A stretch of 32,000 nucleotides of DNA from a cyanobacterium endosymbiont of Braarudosphaera bigelowii (GTDB lineage: Bacteria; Cyanobacteriota; Cyanobacteriia; Cyanobacteriales; Microcystaceae). Every line of letters begins with the position of its first letter. Within the stretch, counting starts at the first letter, position 1. This document shows positions 9,380 through 19,149 of the stretch, in pieces. The notes below the pieces were generated by a model that saw nothing but the letters and a program-made list of their open reading frames with translations, ran no database searches and had not been told where the DNA came from. The stretch is from the NCBI RefSeq assembly GCF_020885515.1, contig NZ_AP024987.1, positions 1,380,001-1,412,000 on the forward strand, written 5' to 3'. The position numbers and the translations under genes were made by a program.

Positions 9380-12300
9380 TTATAATTTAATTCCTAAAAC
9401 TTGAGTATGAGCTCCTCTCGCTTGTGTGACACCAATAGTTCTTTGGGATGCTTCAATCATTGGACGACGTAAACTCACAACAATAAATTGAGCCTTCTCT
9501 GTCTGTTTCTGGATCATTTGAGATAGTCTTTCTACATTTGCCCCATCTAAGAACATATCAACTTCATCAAAGGCATAAAATGGTGATGGGCGATATTGTT
9601 GCAAAGAAAAAATAAAACTTAATGCTGTTAATGATTTTTCCCCACCTGACATAGAATTTAAACGCTGTACCGGCTTACCTTTTGGATGTGCTACAAGATT
9701 TAATCCACCTTTAAATGGATCTTTTTCATCGTCTAACTGTAGATATCCATCACCTTGTGACAAAGTAGAGAAAATTTTCTTGAAATTATCATTAACTGCA
9801 TTAAAAGATACTTTAAAAGAACGTAGCCTAACAGTTGTAAAGTTCTCAATTCTTAGTAATAGTTCTGTCCTTTCTTCTTGAATAGTAATTAGTTTATTTG
9901 TAAGCTCACGAAGTCTTTTCTGAACTTTTTCATATTCTTCTAATGCCAGCATATTAACAGGTTCCATTGATTCTAAGTATTTTTGCTTTTTATAGATTTC
10001 TTTCTGCAATTTATCAGTATGAGAAGATAAACTTTCTAAGCTTTCGTTTAATTCGGATAATAAAGGTATTTCTGGGAATGGAACTGGTAGCTTCAATTTA
10101 GCTATTTCTTCTTCTTTCTCAAGAATAGATAGTGCTTCTTCTCTTTCCTTTTGCCTAGTTTCTAATTTTTCTAATGTCCATACATGGGATTGATATTCTT
10201 TTTCAAGAATTTTAACCTTCTCTTCTAAACAGTCACGTTTTGTTTTTGTATCGTCTAATGTTTGAGTTAATTTTTCTAATGAAACTTCTAAATTTTCAAC
10301 TTCGATATCAAACTTCTGAAGTTTATTTTCAATATCTACTTGTTGATTGTTTATATTAACAGTATGCTGCTCGCTCAATTTTATTTTTAATTCATCCTCA
10401 TGAATTTTATGCTCTATACTAGTTATCTGATTTCTAATTTTTTGAAACTTTTCTTCTCCTTGGTGTAGTTCTATCTCTCGGTCTTGTAAATGATTTTCTT
10501 GATCTTTTATTAAAATTTGAACCTCTTTCCATTCACTATGGGAATGAGATTTCTCTATATTTTTAAGTTGTTTGTGTTTTTCTAATAATTCTATTTCTAA
10601 TACGGAACTTATCTTATGAATATCTGTAAGTTCATTCTTTAAAGTTTTTATTTCTTGTTGATGATCAGATATTTTAAACTCTAAATCTTTTTTATAATTT
10701 TTGAGTCTTTCTATTTCGTTTCTAACTTGTTGATATTTTAATTGTTGTTCTCTACTCAATTGCTCTGTTTTTATTAATTTATCAGATAAGTCTTTTATTT
10801 GTTTTATCTTAATTTGTATGTTTTCTTCGTTTCTAAGTACAAGATTTTCTATATCTACTAGTCTTTGTCTAAATATTTTAATTTCTTCTGGTTCTCCTTG
10901 ATTTAAAACTCCAAAACGTATGGAAGATCTTTGAGGTTTACTTCCACCTGTCATAGCTCCACTAACCTCTAATAAATCTCCATCTAAAGTAACAATACGC
11001 TGCTTGCCTAAATATTTCTTAGCATAGTCTATAGTCTCAAAAACAGCTGTATTGTTAAAAATATATGAAAAAACTTTTTTATATGCTGGATTACATATTA
11101 CTAAATCAACTGCCAAGCCAATAAAACCAGGAGCATTTTTTAGATAATAATTACTTTGCTTTGAATAGAATCTAATTTTAGTTAATGGTAAAAAAGTCGC
11201 TCTTCCAGCTTTTGCTTGCTTTAATATATTAATTCCAGCAATTGCAATAGTATTATCTTCAACTACAATATGTCCTAAACGTGAACCTGCTGCAATTTCT
11301 AATGCTAATTGGTGATGTGGAGCAACTTGTCCTAACTCAGCTACCAAACCACATACACCAGATAAATCTGAATTTAAAATAAATTGAGAAGCATAAGTTC
11401 CTTGAATTTCCTGTTTTGCTTGTCTAGATGCTTCTAAACGATCTAGATGTCTCTGCTTGTCTCTATATTCTTTATTTAACTGTAACTGAGTTTCTTTTAT
11501 AATACTGTAATCTTGCTTTTCTATATCTAATGTTTTAGAAATGATTTGTACCTCTTCTATATAAGAAATTGATAATTTCTCTAACTCCTTATTTTGAAGG
11601 TATATATCTTTTTCATATTTTCTTAATTGTTCCTCTTCTTTATTTAAAATACTCGATACTTGCTGATAACGTTCAGTTAATTTTGCTTTCTGTTCTAGTT
11701 GAGGATTTAATTTATTTTGTAAAGAAGATGTTTCTATACTCAGATTTGCTTGTTCTCTTATCCAGGAATCAGATGTTTCTGCAATTATTGCAGCTTGTTT
11801 TCTTACCATTTGTAGAGTTTGATAACTTCTTAATTTTTGTTCTTTAAGTAAAGGTAAGAGTTCTTGCTGCAATTTATTGCTATTTTGACTTAGTCCATCT
11901 AGTTCTTCTTTTTTTTGAAGAATAGTTGTTGTTATTTTATTTTTTTCTCGCTTAATTTTCTCGATTATACAAAAAAATTCTTTCTTTTGTTGCTGTAATT
12001 GGTTAACTTGTGCTTTTTTTGTACTAAGCTTAGAAGCAATAGTTAATCGTTCATCTTCTCCTAAAGCTTTAACCTGAAGGTTCAAGTTTTCAAGATCAAT
12101 ATTTATCTTGCTTAATCTAGTTTTTAAGTATAGGCTATTGTTAATCAGCTTATTTTCTGTTTCCTCATCATTTAATTTTTGTATTTTAATATTAGAAATT
12201 TTCTTTAATAAAGATTTCCATAATAAAACCATTTCCCATTCTTTCTTTTTAGAAATTTCTTGTTTAAGTTTTTGATATTTTTCAGCTTTTGTCCTATCAG

Positions 12301-12970
12301 CTGTCAAACGTTCCAATGAGTTCTCTAGTTCTATTTGTATAATCTTACAACGTTCTTCTCTATCCTTAACTTCTTCTAAAGTTTCTTTGGTTTTATTAAT
12401 TTTACGATCGAATTCTGCCACTCCAGCAAGTTCATCAATAATAACTCTTCTTTCTTTAGAGTTCATACTGATGATACTAGTAACATCTCCTTGAAGAACG
12501 ACATTATAACCTTCAGGATAAATACGAAAGCGATTTAATTCCTCATGAAGCTCATTAACATTACAAGGTCTTTCATTTATATAATAATTAGAAGAATAAC
12601 TTCCTCCTTTCGTAACACGTAGACGCCTTGTTACTTTCCACTCATTTTTATGAACTAGACTGTCTTGTTGTTGTGTTATATCTAGTAATTTTTCTGAATT
12701 AAAATAATCTGAAATATCGAATGTAACAGAAACATAAGCTTCTTGATTACTGCGATTATTAGTACTAATATTAATTAAATCTGGCAATCTTTCGGCTCTT
12801 AATCCTTTAGAAGTAGCCAAACCAAGACAAAATAATAATGCATCCAATATATTAGATTTGCCTGAACCGTTGGGACCAGACACTACAGTAAATCCGGGTA
12901 AAAATGGAATAGATGTAGTTCTGCCAAAAGATTTAAAATTAGATAGTTCAATGCGCTTAATATGAACCAT
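9380..12970 (-). CDS. smc: Chromosome partition protein Smc
   Basis: About 1196 aa. N-terminal Walker A is MVHIKRIELSNFKSF...GPNGSGKSN. Long coiled-coil arms flank a central hinge (GVCGLVAELGQV...). C-terminal signature is LSGGEKSLTALSF and Walker B is FYAFDEVDMFLD. The likely start is the ATG at 12970; the track ORF extends to 12991. Confidence 0.95.
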   Translation of the reverse strand: MVHIKRIELSNFKSFGRTTSIPFLPGFTVVSGPNGSGKSNILDALLFCLGLATSKGLRAERLPDLINISTNNRSNQEAYVSVTFDISDYFNSEKLLDITQQQDSLVHKNEWKVTRRLRVTKGGSYSSNYYINERPCNVNELHEELNRFRIYPEGYNVVLQGDVTSIISMNSKERRVIIDELAGVAEFDRKINKTKETLEEVKDREERCKIIQIELENSLERLTADRTKAEKYQKLKQEISKKKEWEMVLLWKSLLKKISNIKIQKLNDEETENKLINNSLYLKTRLSKINIDLENLNLQVKALGEDERLTIASKLSTKKAQVNQLQQQKKEFFCIIEKIKREKNKITTTILQKKEELDGLSQNSNKLQQELLPLLKEQKLRSYQTLQMVRKQAAIIAETSDSWIREQANLSIETSSLQNKLNPQLEQKAKLTERYQQVSSILNKEEEQLRKYEKDIYLQNKELEKLSISYIEEVQIISKTLDIEKQDYSIIKETQLQLNKEYRDKQRHLDRLEASRQAKQEIQGTYASQFILNSDLSGVCGLVAELGQVAPHHQLALEIAAGSRLGHIVVEDNTIAIAGINILKQAKAGRATFLPLTKIRFYSKQSNYYLKNAPGFIGLAVDLVICNPAYKKVFSYIFNNTAVFETIDYAKKYLGKQRIVTLDGDLLEVSGAMTGGSKPQRSSIRFGVLNQGEPEEIKIFRQRLVDIENLVLRNEENIQIKIKQIKDLSDKLIKTEQLSREQQLKYQQVRNEIERLKNYKKDLEFKISDHQQEIKTLKNELTDIHKISSVLEIELLEKHKQLKNIEKSHSHSEWKEVQILIKDQENHLQDREIELHQGEEKFQKIRNQITSIEHKIHEDELKIKLSEQHTVNINNQQVDIENKLQKFDIEVENLEVSLEKLTQTLDDTKTKRDCLEEKVKILEKEYQSHVWTLEKLETRQKEREEALSILEKEEEIAKLKLPVPFPEIPLLSELNESLESLSSHTDKLQKEIYKKQKYLESMEPVNMLALEEYEKVQKRLRELTNKLITIQEERTELLLRIENFTTVRLRSFKVSFNAVNDNFKKIFSTLSQGDGYLQLDDEKDPFKGGLNLVAHPKGKPVQRLNSMSGGEKSLTALSFIFSLQQYRPSPFYAFDEVDMFLDGANVERLSQMIQKQTEKAQFIVVSLRRPMIEASQRTIGVTQARGAHTQVLGIKL

Positions 12971-13261
12971 GGCGCGATAATAGTAATGCAATCGAGAAGT
13001 TTAACAAACAATTTAGGTATAGTCTTGTATACCTAGATTTAAAAGACTCTTCCAAATATGTATAGGTTTCCAATAACCAATAAAAATTGAAAGAACTTTT
13101 AAATGATATTCATAAGCTTTTCTGAAAGCTGGTATTAAACATAGTCTATATAGATGATCTTTAGAATCATTTAGTTTCATATCACGAAGTTCATGATTAT
13201 TTTATAAATCACTAAAAATATAATATTTTAAGTTGTTATATTTGTTTGTATTAAAAATGCA

Positions 13262-14197
13262 TCAATTTTCCATTATTTTTATACCATTATTTGACAATTT
13301 ACTTATAAATAATTCTAGATTAGAATCTTGAAGTTCTTGTGTAATAACATTTTTTATATCTTGAGCTTTTTCGTAGGATTCACATAATGTAAATATAGTA
13401 GGTCCTGAGCCTGACATCATAGTACCTAAACCACCCGTTTTACTGATGAAAGATTTTAATTTATTAATTACCAAATGTTTTGGTAAAACAACTTTTTCTA
13501 AATCATTATGCAATAGTTCTCCAATTCTCTTATCATTTTTGTGACTAATAGCATTGACAAGAGATTTAAAATTATTATTTCTATTGTTACTATCAATTTT
13601 CCAATAATATTCACCGAATCGTTTCTTATAGTTTTGATAAGCCCAAGGAGTGGAAATAGAAAAATTTTGATACTTCGCTAGCACTACCCAAAGATTATCT
13701 AAATTCTCTATTGGGTTTAATGTTTCACCCCTTCCTGTAGCGATCGCAGTTCCTCCAGTGATACAAAATGGAACATCAGATCCTAAATTTTCTGACAGTT
13801 TCTCTAATTCGGTTTTATTTAATTTTAATTTCCACAGTAAATTTAATGCTAGTAAAACTGCGGCTCCATCAGTTGATCCTCCTGCCAGACCAGCAGCTAC
13901 AGGTATACACTTATTGATAATAATATCAACGCCTCCATAACTATCAAAAAATTTGGGGAATTTTTTGACAATTAGTTGAGCAGCACGATAAGCAATATTT
14001 GTTTCGTTTAGAGGAACTAAAGAATTATTGCAATATAAATTGAAGTCTCGAGTTCCATTAAAATATATTTTTATGTAATCACTTAATTCAATGCTTTGTA
14101 AAACCATTATTAACTCATGATAGTGATCAACTCGTTCGCCAAGAACTTCTAAGTACAAGTTAATTTTAGCTGGGGCAACTAAGTTACAAATTTTCAT
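13262..14197 (-). CDS. ispE: 4-diphosphocytidyl-2-C-methyl-D-erythritol kinase
   Basis: 311 aa. It carries APAKINLYLEVLGERVDHYHEL, the GHMP-kinase motif PVAAGLAGGSTDGAA, and GSGPT near the C-terminus. Confidence 0.9.
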   Translation of the reverse strand: MKICNLVAPAKINLYLEVLGERVDHYHELIMVLQSIELSDYIKIYFNGTRDFNLYCNNSLVPLNETNIAYRAAQLIVKKFPKFFDSYGGVDIIINKCIPVAAGLAGGSTDGAAVLLALNLLWKLKLNKTELEKLSENLGSDVPFCITGGTAIATGRGETLNPIENLDNLWVVLAKYQNFSISTPWAYQNYKKRFGEYYWKIDSNNRNNNFKSLVNAISHKNDKRIGELLHNDLEKVVLPKHLVINKLKSFISKTGGLGTMMSGSGPTIFTLCESYEKAQDIKNVITQELQDSNLELFISKLSNNGIKIMEN

Positions 14198-14322
14198 TTT
14201 ATTTGCCTATAAATCATTTCTAACATGATAATACTAATAAAATTTATAAATAATAGTTTTTTGTACTAATTATATTTTTGCAATAAATATAGTAAAAATA
14301 CTTTTCTACTTTTATTTCATGA

Positions 14323-14730
14323 TTAGTTGAGTCTCTCCAATTCAATGATGTAAAATTCTCCGATATCCTGATCATCAATAAGAATAGGCTGATATATGAT
14401 TTCTCCCTTTATTTTTACCAATTCTCCTATTTTAGGCATTTCGTTAAAAGTCTTTAATACCCATATTGTTCCAGTTTTATCTTGAAGTTGATAAGAACCA
14501 CTATTAAAAAAAAGAACAGAATCCAGAACTTTTCCTTTAAGATAAACTGTTTGAGAAGTTAAATCATTAGTATCAGTAGTAATCAATTTTTGATTAAAAA
14601 GTTTTTGAATGGGAGTAGTTGTAGACTGAAAAAAATCAAAGTAGTCTAAAGTGGTATATCTAATTATTACTCCTGCTATAATCACAGATAGAGTGATAAT
14701 TTTAACTTTTCTGATATGTGAAATTTTCAT
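14323..14730 (-). CDS. Hypothetical membrane-anchored protein with an OB-fold-like C-terminal domain
   Basis: 135 aa. One N-terminal TM (IITLSVIIAGVII) is followed by a beta-rich pattern (YLKGKVLDSV...YQLQDKTGTIWVLK...GELVKIKGEIIY). It is on the same strand as ispE and smc and just upstream of them. Confidence 0.5.
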   Translation of the reverse strand: MKISHIRKVKIITLSVIIAGVIIRYTTLDYFDFFQSTTTPIQKLFNQKLITTDTNDLTSQTVYLKGKVLDSVLFFNSGSYQLQDKTGTIWVLKTFNEMPKIGELVKIKGEIIYQPILIDDQDIGEFYIIELERLN

Positions 14731-15094
14731 AAAATGACAAGATTTTTTGAGTTTAATTGATCATTTAAAATATTTTGCTTAGAAGATAGGACATAATAGA
14801 ATATTTCTGTATTTCAATACAGTTTATATGTTTCTAAAACTTATTATTATGTTGAACTTAACGTTCTTTTTTAGATTAATAGTCAACTTATATATAAATT
14901 TTAAAATTAAACTTATACTATTTAATTCACTAATGTTGTTTAACTAATATTTATCAAGATTGACTAATAATTATTAGTATTTAAAAAGTTAAAGAAAAAA
15001 ATTAAAATTTCAGTGTAGTCACAGCTTTAGTTTCATATTTTTCTTAAAAGAGTTATCATCATTCTTAGATATTTGTGAGGATAAACTTAAGTTG

Positions 15095-16393
15095 ATGGGT
15101 ACAATAAGCACATTACCAGGAACGCGAGATATTTTGCCAGAGGAAATTGGTTATTGGCAATATGTAGAAGCTGCAACAGCAAAAATTCTTGGTCGTGCGA
15201 TGTACTATGAGATTCGTTCCCCAATATTTGAGAATACTTCCTTATTTGAAAGAGGAATAGGAGAGGCCACAGATGTCGTAAGTAAAGAAATGTATACTTT
15301 TTCCGATCGAAGTGATCGATCAATCACACTTCGACCTGAAGGAACGGCAGGAATTGTACGTGCTTATCTACAAAACAATTTATATGCTTTAGGTGGAGTT
15401 CAACGTCTTTGGTATTCTGGCCCCATGTTTCGCTATGAGAGACCACAAGCTGGACGCCAAAGACAGTTCCATCAAATTGGGTTAGAGTTAATAGGTTCAA
15501 GAGGCCCAAGAGCAGACGTAGAGGTTATTGCTTTAGCAACAGATATCTTAAAATTTTTAGGACTAAAAAAACTAAAATTAAATATTAATTCTATAGGCGA
15601 CCAATATGATAGGAAACTCTACCGAGAAGCATTAACTAATTACTTTTTATCTTATAAAGACGAATTAGATATTGACTCTCAAAATCGTCTAAGCAAGAAT
15701 CCCTTACGTATTTTAGATAGCAAAAACGAAAAAACTAAAGAAATCAATAAGAACGCTCCTAATATTTTAAATTTTCTTGGAAAAGAATCCCAAAAACATT
15801 TTGATGAAGTTCAGCAATTATTAACAGATTTGGATATTGATTATCATATAAACCCATGTCTTGTTAGAGGCTTAGATTACTATACACATACTGCGTTTGA
15901 AATTCAGTCTGACAATTTAGGATCTCAATCTACAGTATGTGGAGGTGGACGATATGATCATTTAATCGAAGAGCTTGGTGGAACTTCAACTCCTGCAGTA
16001 GGGTGGGCCATAGGAGTAGAAAGATTAATTATTTTACTTAAACAAATTAGATGCTCTCCTGAGCATACCCCAGATATTTATATCGTTTCAAAAGGTCAAA
16101 AAGCAGAATCAATTGGATTATATCTAGCCCAAAGAATGCGTTCTGCAGAATTAGTTGTTGAGTTAGACATGAGTGGAAGTAACTTTGGAAAACAATTTAA
16201 GAGAGCAGATCGTAGCAAAGCATATGTTTGTATAGTTATTGGCGAAGAGGAAGCTAAGAATAGTACCCTACAGCTGAAATGGTTATATACGAAGGAACAA
16301 AGTTCTATGACTCAGTCAGATTTTTTACACTACATTGAAGAGTTGAAAAAACAAATAAATCAATATAAAAAAGTAACATCAGGACTAACTTAA
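15095..16393 (+). CDS. hisS: Histidine--tRNA ligase
   Basis: About 432 aa. Class II aaRS motifs are present (GTRDILPEE, FRYERPQAGRQRQFHQ, GGGRYD) with a C-terminal anticodon-binding domain. TTG at 15092 is an alternative start. Confidence 0.95.
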   Translation: MGTISTLPGTRDILPEEIGYWQYVEAATAKILGRAMYYEIRSPIFENTSLFERGIGEATDVVSKEMYTFSDRSDRSITLRPEGTAGIVRAYLQNNLYALGGVQRLWYSGPMFRYERPQAGRQRQFHQIGLELIGSRGPRADVEVIALATDILKFLGLKKLKLNINSIGDQYDRKLYREALTNYFLSYKDELDIDSQNRLSKNPLRILDSKNEKTKEINKNAPNILNFLGKESQKHFDEVQQLLTDLDIDYHINPCLVRGLDYYTHTAFEIQSDNLGSQSTVCGGGRYDHLIEELGGTSTPAVGWAIGVERLIILLKQIRCSPEHTPDIYIVSKGQKAESIGLYLAQRMRSAELVVELDMSGSNFGKQFKRADRSKAYVCIVIGEEEAKNSTLQLKWLYTKEQSSMTQSDFLHYIEELKKQINQYKKVTSGLT

Positions 16394-16509
16394 AAAATAA
16401 ATTAGTCAGTGAGGAATGTTCTTCTTGTATTTTTTACGAGGTACTTGGAAAGTTTCTCCTATTTTAGTTTGTTTTAACTATAATATTTTCATTATGATAT
16501 GTAATGTAA

Positions 16510-16571
16510 ATATCCAATTAAATAGAACATATGAAAAATAAATGAAACATATGCTCTATTTAATTGGATAT
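16510..16571. terminator. Long hairpin with 24-nt arms (one A.C mismatch) and a 14-nt loop, between the convergent hisS and DUF5989 gene ends
   Basis: The left arm is atatccaattaaatagaacatatg (16510-16533). The right arm is catatgctctatttaattggatat (16548-16571). It is by far the longest inverted repeat I found in the window. Confidence 0.5.
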
Positions 16572-16626
16572 TGATATTACATTGGCAATATATAGAACTT
16601 AGAAAAATGTAATAGACAATTGCTTC

Positions 16627-16788
16627 TTAGAACAGAGTGTAAATGAAAGGTGCTATTACCGAACCTTGGGTAAATACAATTAGTGCTCCCAATACCACTA
16701 AGGTTATTATTAAAGGAGCTAACCAAAACTTTTTGCGTTCATTAAGAAAGCCCCAAATATCTTTAATAAATTCAAAAAAATCATTCAT
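16627..16788 (-). CDS. DUF5989 / SxtK-like small single-TM protein (53 aa; not in the supplied ORF track)
   Basis: My own translation of the minus strand gives MNDFFEFIKDIWGFLNERKKFWLAPLIITLVVLGALIVFTQGSVIAPFIYTLF*. The RKKFWL(A/L)P...APFIYTLF pattern matches this family. Its ATG overlaps the upstream stop codon as TAATG. Confidence 0.75.
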   Translation of the reverse strand: MNDFFEFIKDIWGFLNERKKFWLAPLIITLVVLGALIVFTQGSVIAPFIYTLF

Positions 16789-17198
16789 TAGTAGGGCTTC
16801 TCCATACTTACTTTGTTTTTAGGTGTACTAAAAACACGATAACTTTCCGCATCAAATTCAAATTTTCTTTTCATTACATCATATTTAATAATCTTCATAA
16901 AAAATCCCATCGGGGTTACTAACACAAAAAAAATAATTCCTAAAATTAATCTACTGTTGATCCATGAAGCTACTTTTGCAAACAGCATCCACCCTTCATA
17001 AATTGGTGCAAGAAGATTGGGAGAAACAATGGAGAAAATAAGAAAAATGCCGCCAATTATCCAGAAAACTATAGGATAAGAATATCCCAGTAATATAGGA
17101 ATAAAAGAGCCAAAAAATAGGATAAAAAATATTCCCATTAATATTCCGAAAGATATTAACTTTTTATTGTTTGTTTTTTGAGACATGTGATAAAACAT
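16788..17198 (-). CDS. SxtJ-family-like polytopic membrane protein
   Basis: 136 aa with 3-4 TM segments. The C-terminal pattern VTPMGFFMKIIKYDVMKRKFEFDAESYRV resembles the SxtJ consensus (TP.G...R..G.D.L...F......SYW). It lies 18 nt downstream of the carbamoyltransferase gene. Confidence 0.7.
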   Translation of the reverse strand: MFYHMSQKTNNKKLISFGILMGIFFILFFGSFIPILLGYSYPIVFWIIGGIFLIFSIVSPNLLAPIYEGWMLFAKVASWINSRLILGIIFFVLVTPMGFFMKIIKYDVMKRKFEFDAESYRVFSTPKNKVSMEKPY

Positions 17199-17216
17199 AC
17201 TTCCATTGTTTAATAA

Positions 17217-19058
17217 TTAATCTAATTCAAACTCATTTTGCCAAGATTTATCATGCTTCCATTGATTCTGATCTACTTTTTTTAGTATATAGTTATTAAT
17301 TATTAAATAGTCCATCTCTGTTCTCATAAAGCATCGATAAGCGTCTTCAGGCGTACAAACAATAGGTTCGCCTCTTACATTAAAAGACGTATTAATTAAA
17401 ACTCCACATCCCGTTAAAGCTTCAAACTGTTTAATTAAATTGTAGTATCTATAATTATTTGTAGGATTAACTGTTTGTACTCTTGCTGAGTAATCAACAT
17501 GAGTAACTGCAGGAATAGTTGATCGAATAGCTTTTAATTTATCTATGCCAAACAAGTTTTTAGTTTTTTCTTGCTCAGAGATGTGTAATTCTTCTTTAAC
17601 TTTAGCAACTAATAGCATATAGTCACTAGACTCTTCTAATTCAAAGTATTCCGAAGCTTTTTCTGTTAATACAGAAGGTGCAAAAGGACGAAAAGATTCT
17701 CGATATTTAATTTTTAGATTCATAATAGATTGCATATCCCGATTTCGTGGATCACCAAGAATAGAACGATTGCCTAATGCTCGAGGTCCAAACTCCATAC
17801 GTCCTTGAAACCAACCTACAACATATCCTTTAGATAAAATTAATGCTACTTCGGAAAGAAGATCATCATCCTCTGTAAAATAATCATATTTAGCTTTTAT
17901 ATCATCAAAATATTTTCTAATTTCATTGTCATCAAATTGAGGGCCTAAATAAGAGCCTTGCATCATGTCAGATGTACCTGTGTGACGTCGGTTACCAAGG
18001 TATTGATACCAAACTGCCAATGCAGCACCAATAGCGCCACCAGCGTCTCCAGCTGCAGGTTGTATCCAAATATTTTTGAATTTTCCTTCTCTAGATATTC
18101 TTCCATTCGCAACACAATTTAAAGCAACTCCACCTGCTAAACAAAGGTTTTCTGTCTTTAGTTCCTGATAGGCTGTATTAGCTAATCTTAAAATTACTTC
18201 TTCAGTGACTTTTTGAATAGAAGCAGCAATATCCATTTCGTGTTGCGTAATTTTATTTTCTGCTTTACGAGGAGGTTGGCCAAAAAGATTAGAAAATTTA
18301 TTACTAATCATTTTTAGTCCCGTTGCATAATTGAAATAACTCATATTTAAACGAAAGCTACCATCTGCTTTTATATCAATTAAGTTATCTAGAATTAAGT
18401 TAAAATATCTTGGCTCTCCATAAGGAGCCAACCCCATTAATTTATACTCTCCAGAATTAACCTTAAACCCAGTGTAGTAAGTAAAAGCAGAATATAATAA
18501 CCCTAGAGAATGAGGAAATTGAAGTTCCCATCTAGGGGTTATTTGATTTGATTTTCCAAGCCATAAAGATGTTGTTGCCCATTCTCCGACAGCATCTAAA
18601 CATAGGATTGCTGCATTCTCAAAGGGACTGGGGAAAAAGGCAGAAGCAACGTGTGATTGATGATGTTCTGTAAATAATAGGGGAGGAAGTTGATTAACTT
18701 TACAATTATCTAGTTTTGCTAATTCTTTTTTAAGAATTGTTTTTAAATAAAGCTTTTCTTTTAGCCATACTGTCATAGCAGAAACGAAAGAATAAAAACC
18801 TTGGGGAGCATATGCTACGTAAGTTTCTAAGAGACGTTCAAAGGTTATTAAAGGCTTCTCATAAAAAACAATATAATCTAATCTTCTTAAAGATAGCTTT
18901 GCCTCCTCTAGCGCATAAGCAATAGCATTTTTAGGAAACCTTGCATCGTGTTTCTTACGAGTAAATCTCTCCTCTTGTGCAGCAGCGATAATATTACCTG
19001 ACTTAACTAAAGCTGCTGCACTATCGTGGTAATAAGCAGAAATTCCTAAAATGTTCAT
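17217..19058 (-). CDS. Carbamoyltransferase (NodU/CmcH family)
   Basis: 613 aa. The N-terminus MNILGISAYYHDSAAALV...AAQEERFTRKKHD is typical of the family, and the length and C-terminal transferase domain fit. A GAGGA Shine-Dalgarno-like element lies upstream on the minus strand. Confidence 0.9.
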   Translation of the reverse strand: MNILGISAYYHDSAAALVKSGNIIAAAQEERFTRKKHDARFPKNAIAYALEEAKLSLRRLDYIVFYEKPLITFERLLETYVAYAPQGFYSFVSAMTVWLKEKLYLKTILKKELAKLDNCKVNQLPPLLFTEHHQSHVASAFFPSPFENAAILCLDAVGEWATTSLWLGKSNQITPRWELQFPHSLGLLYSAFTYYTGFKVNSGEYKLMGLAPYGEPRYFNLILDNLIDIKADGSFRLNMSYFNYATGLKMISNKFSNLFGQPPRKAENKITQHEMDIAASIQKVTEEVILRLANTAYQELKTENLCLAGGVALNCVANGRISREGKFKNIWIQPAAGDAGGAIGAALAVWYQYLGNRRHTGTSDMMQGSYLGPQFDDNEIRKYFDDIKAKYDYFTEDDDLLSEVALILSKGYVVGWFQGRMEFGPRALGNRSILGDPRNRDMQSIMNLKIKYRESFRPFAPSVLTEKASEYFELEESSDYMLLVAKVKEELHISEQEKTKNLFGIDKLKAIRSTIPAVTHVDYSARVQTVNPTNNYRYYNLIKQFEALTGCGVLINTSFNVRGEPIVCTPEDAYRCFMRTEMDYLIINNYILKKVDQNQWKHDKSWQNEFELD

Positions 19059-19149
19059 CCTAAATTGAGTTCCTCACCTTAACTTGATAAAACGTAAAAT
19101 CTTAGATTATATAGAGTTCTAATATATTAATTAATCGACAACTCATAGC

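Noticed and set aside
16627-19058. Possibility that the SxtI/J/K-like trio marks a saxitoxin (paralytic shellfish toxin) biosynthetic cluster.
   Set aside because: I recognise no other sxt genes (such as the polyketide-synthase-like sxtA or the amidinotransferase sxtG) in the window. The flanks are hisS and aspS. The trio is known to occur on its own in non-toxic bacteria.
19069-19078. gttcctcacc, superficially like the ACUCCUCACAC core of the cyanobacterial sRNA Yfr1.
   Set aside because: It is not an exact match and lacks flanking stem-loops. On the minus strand it reads GGTGAGGAAC, the Shine-Dalgarno region just upstream of the carbamoyltransferase ATG.
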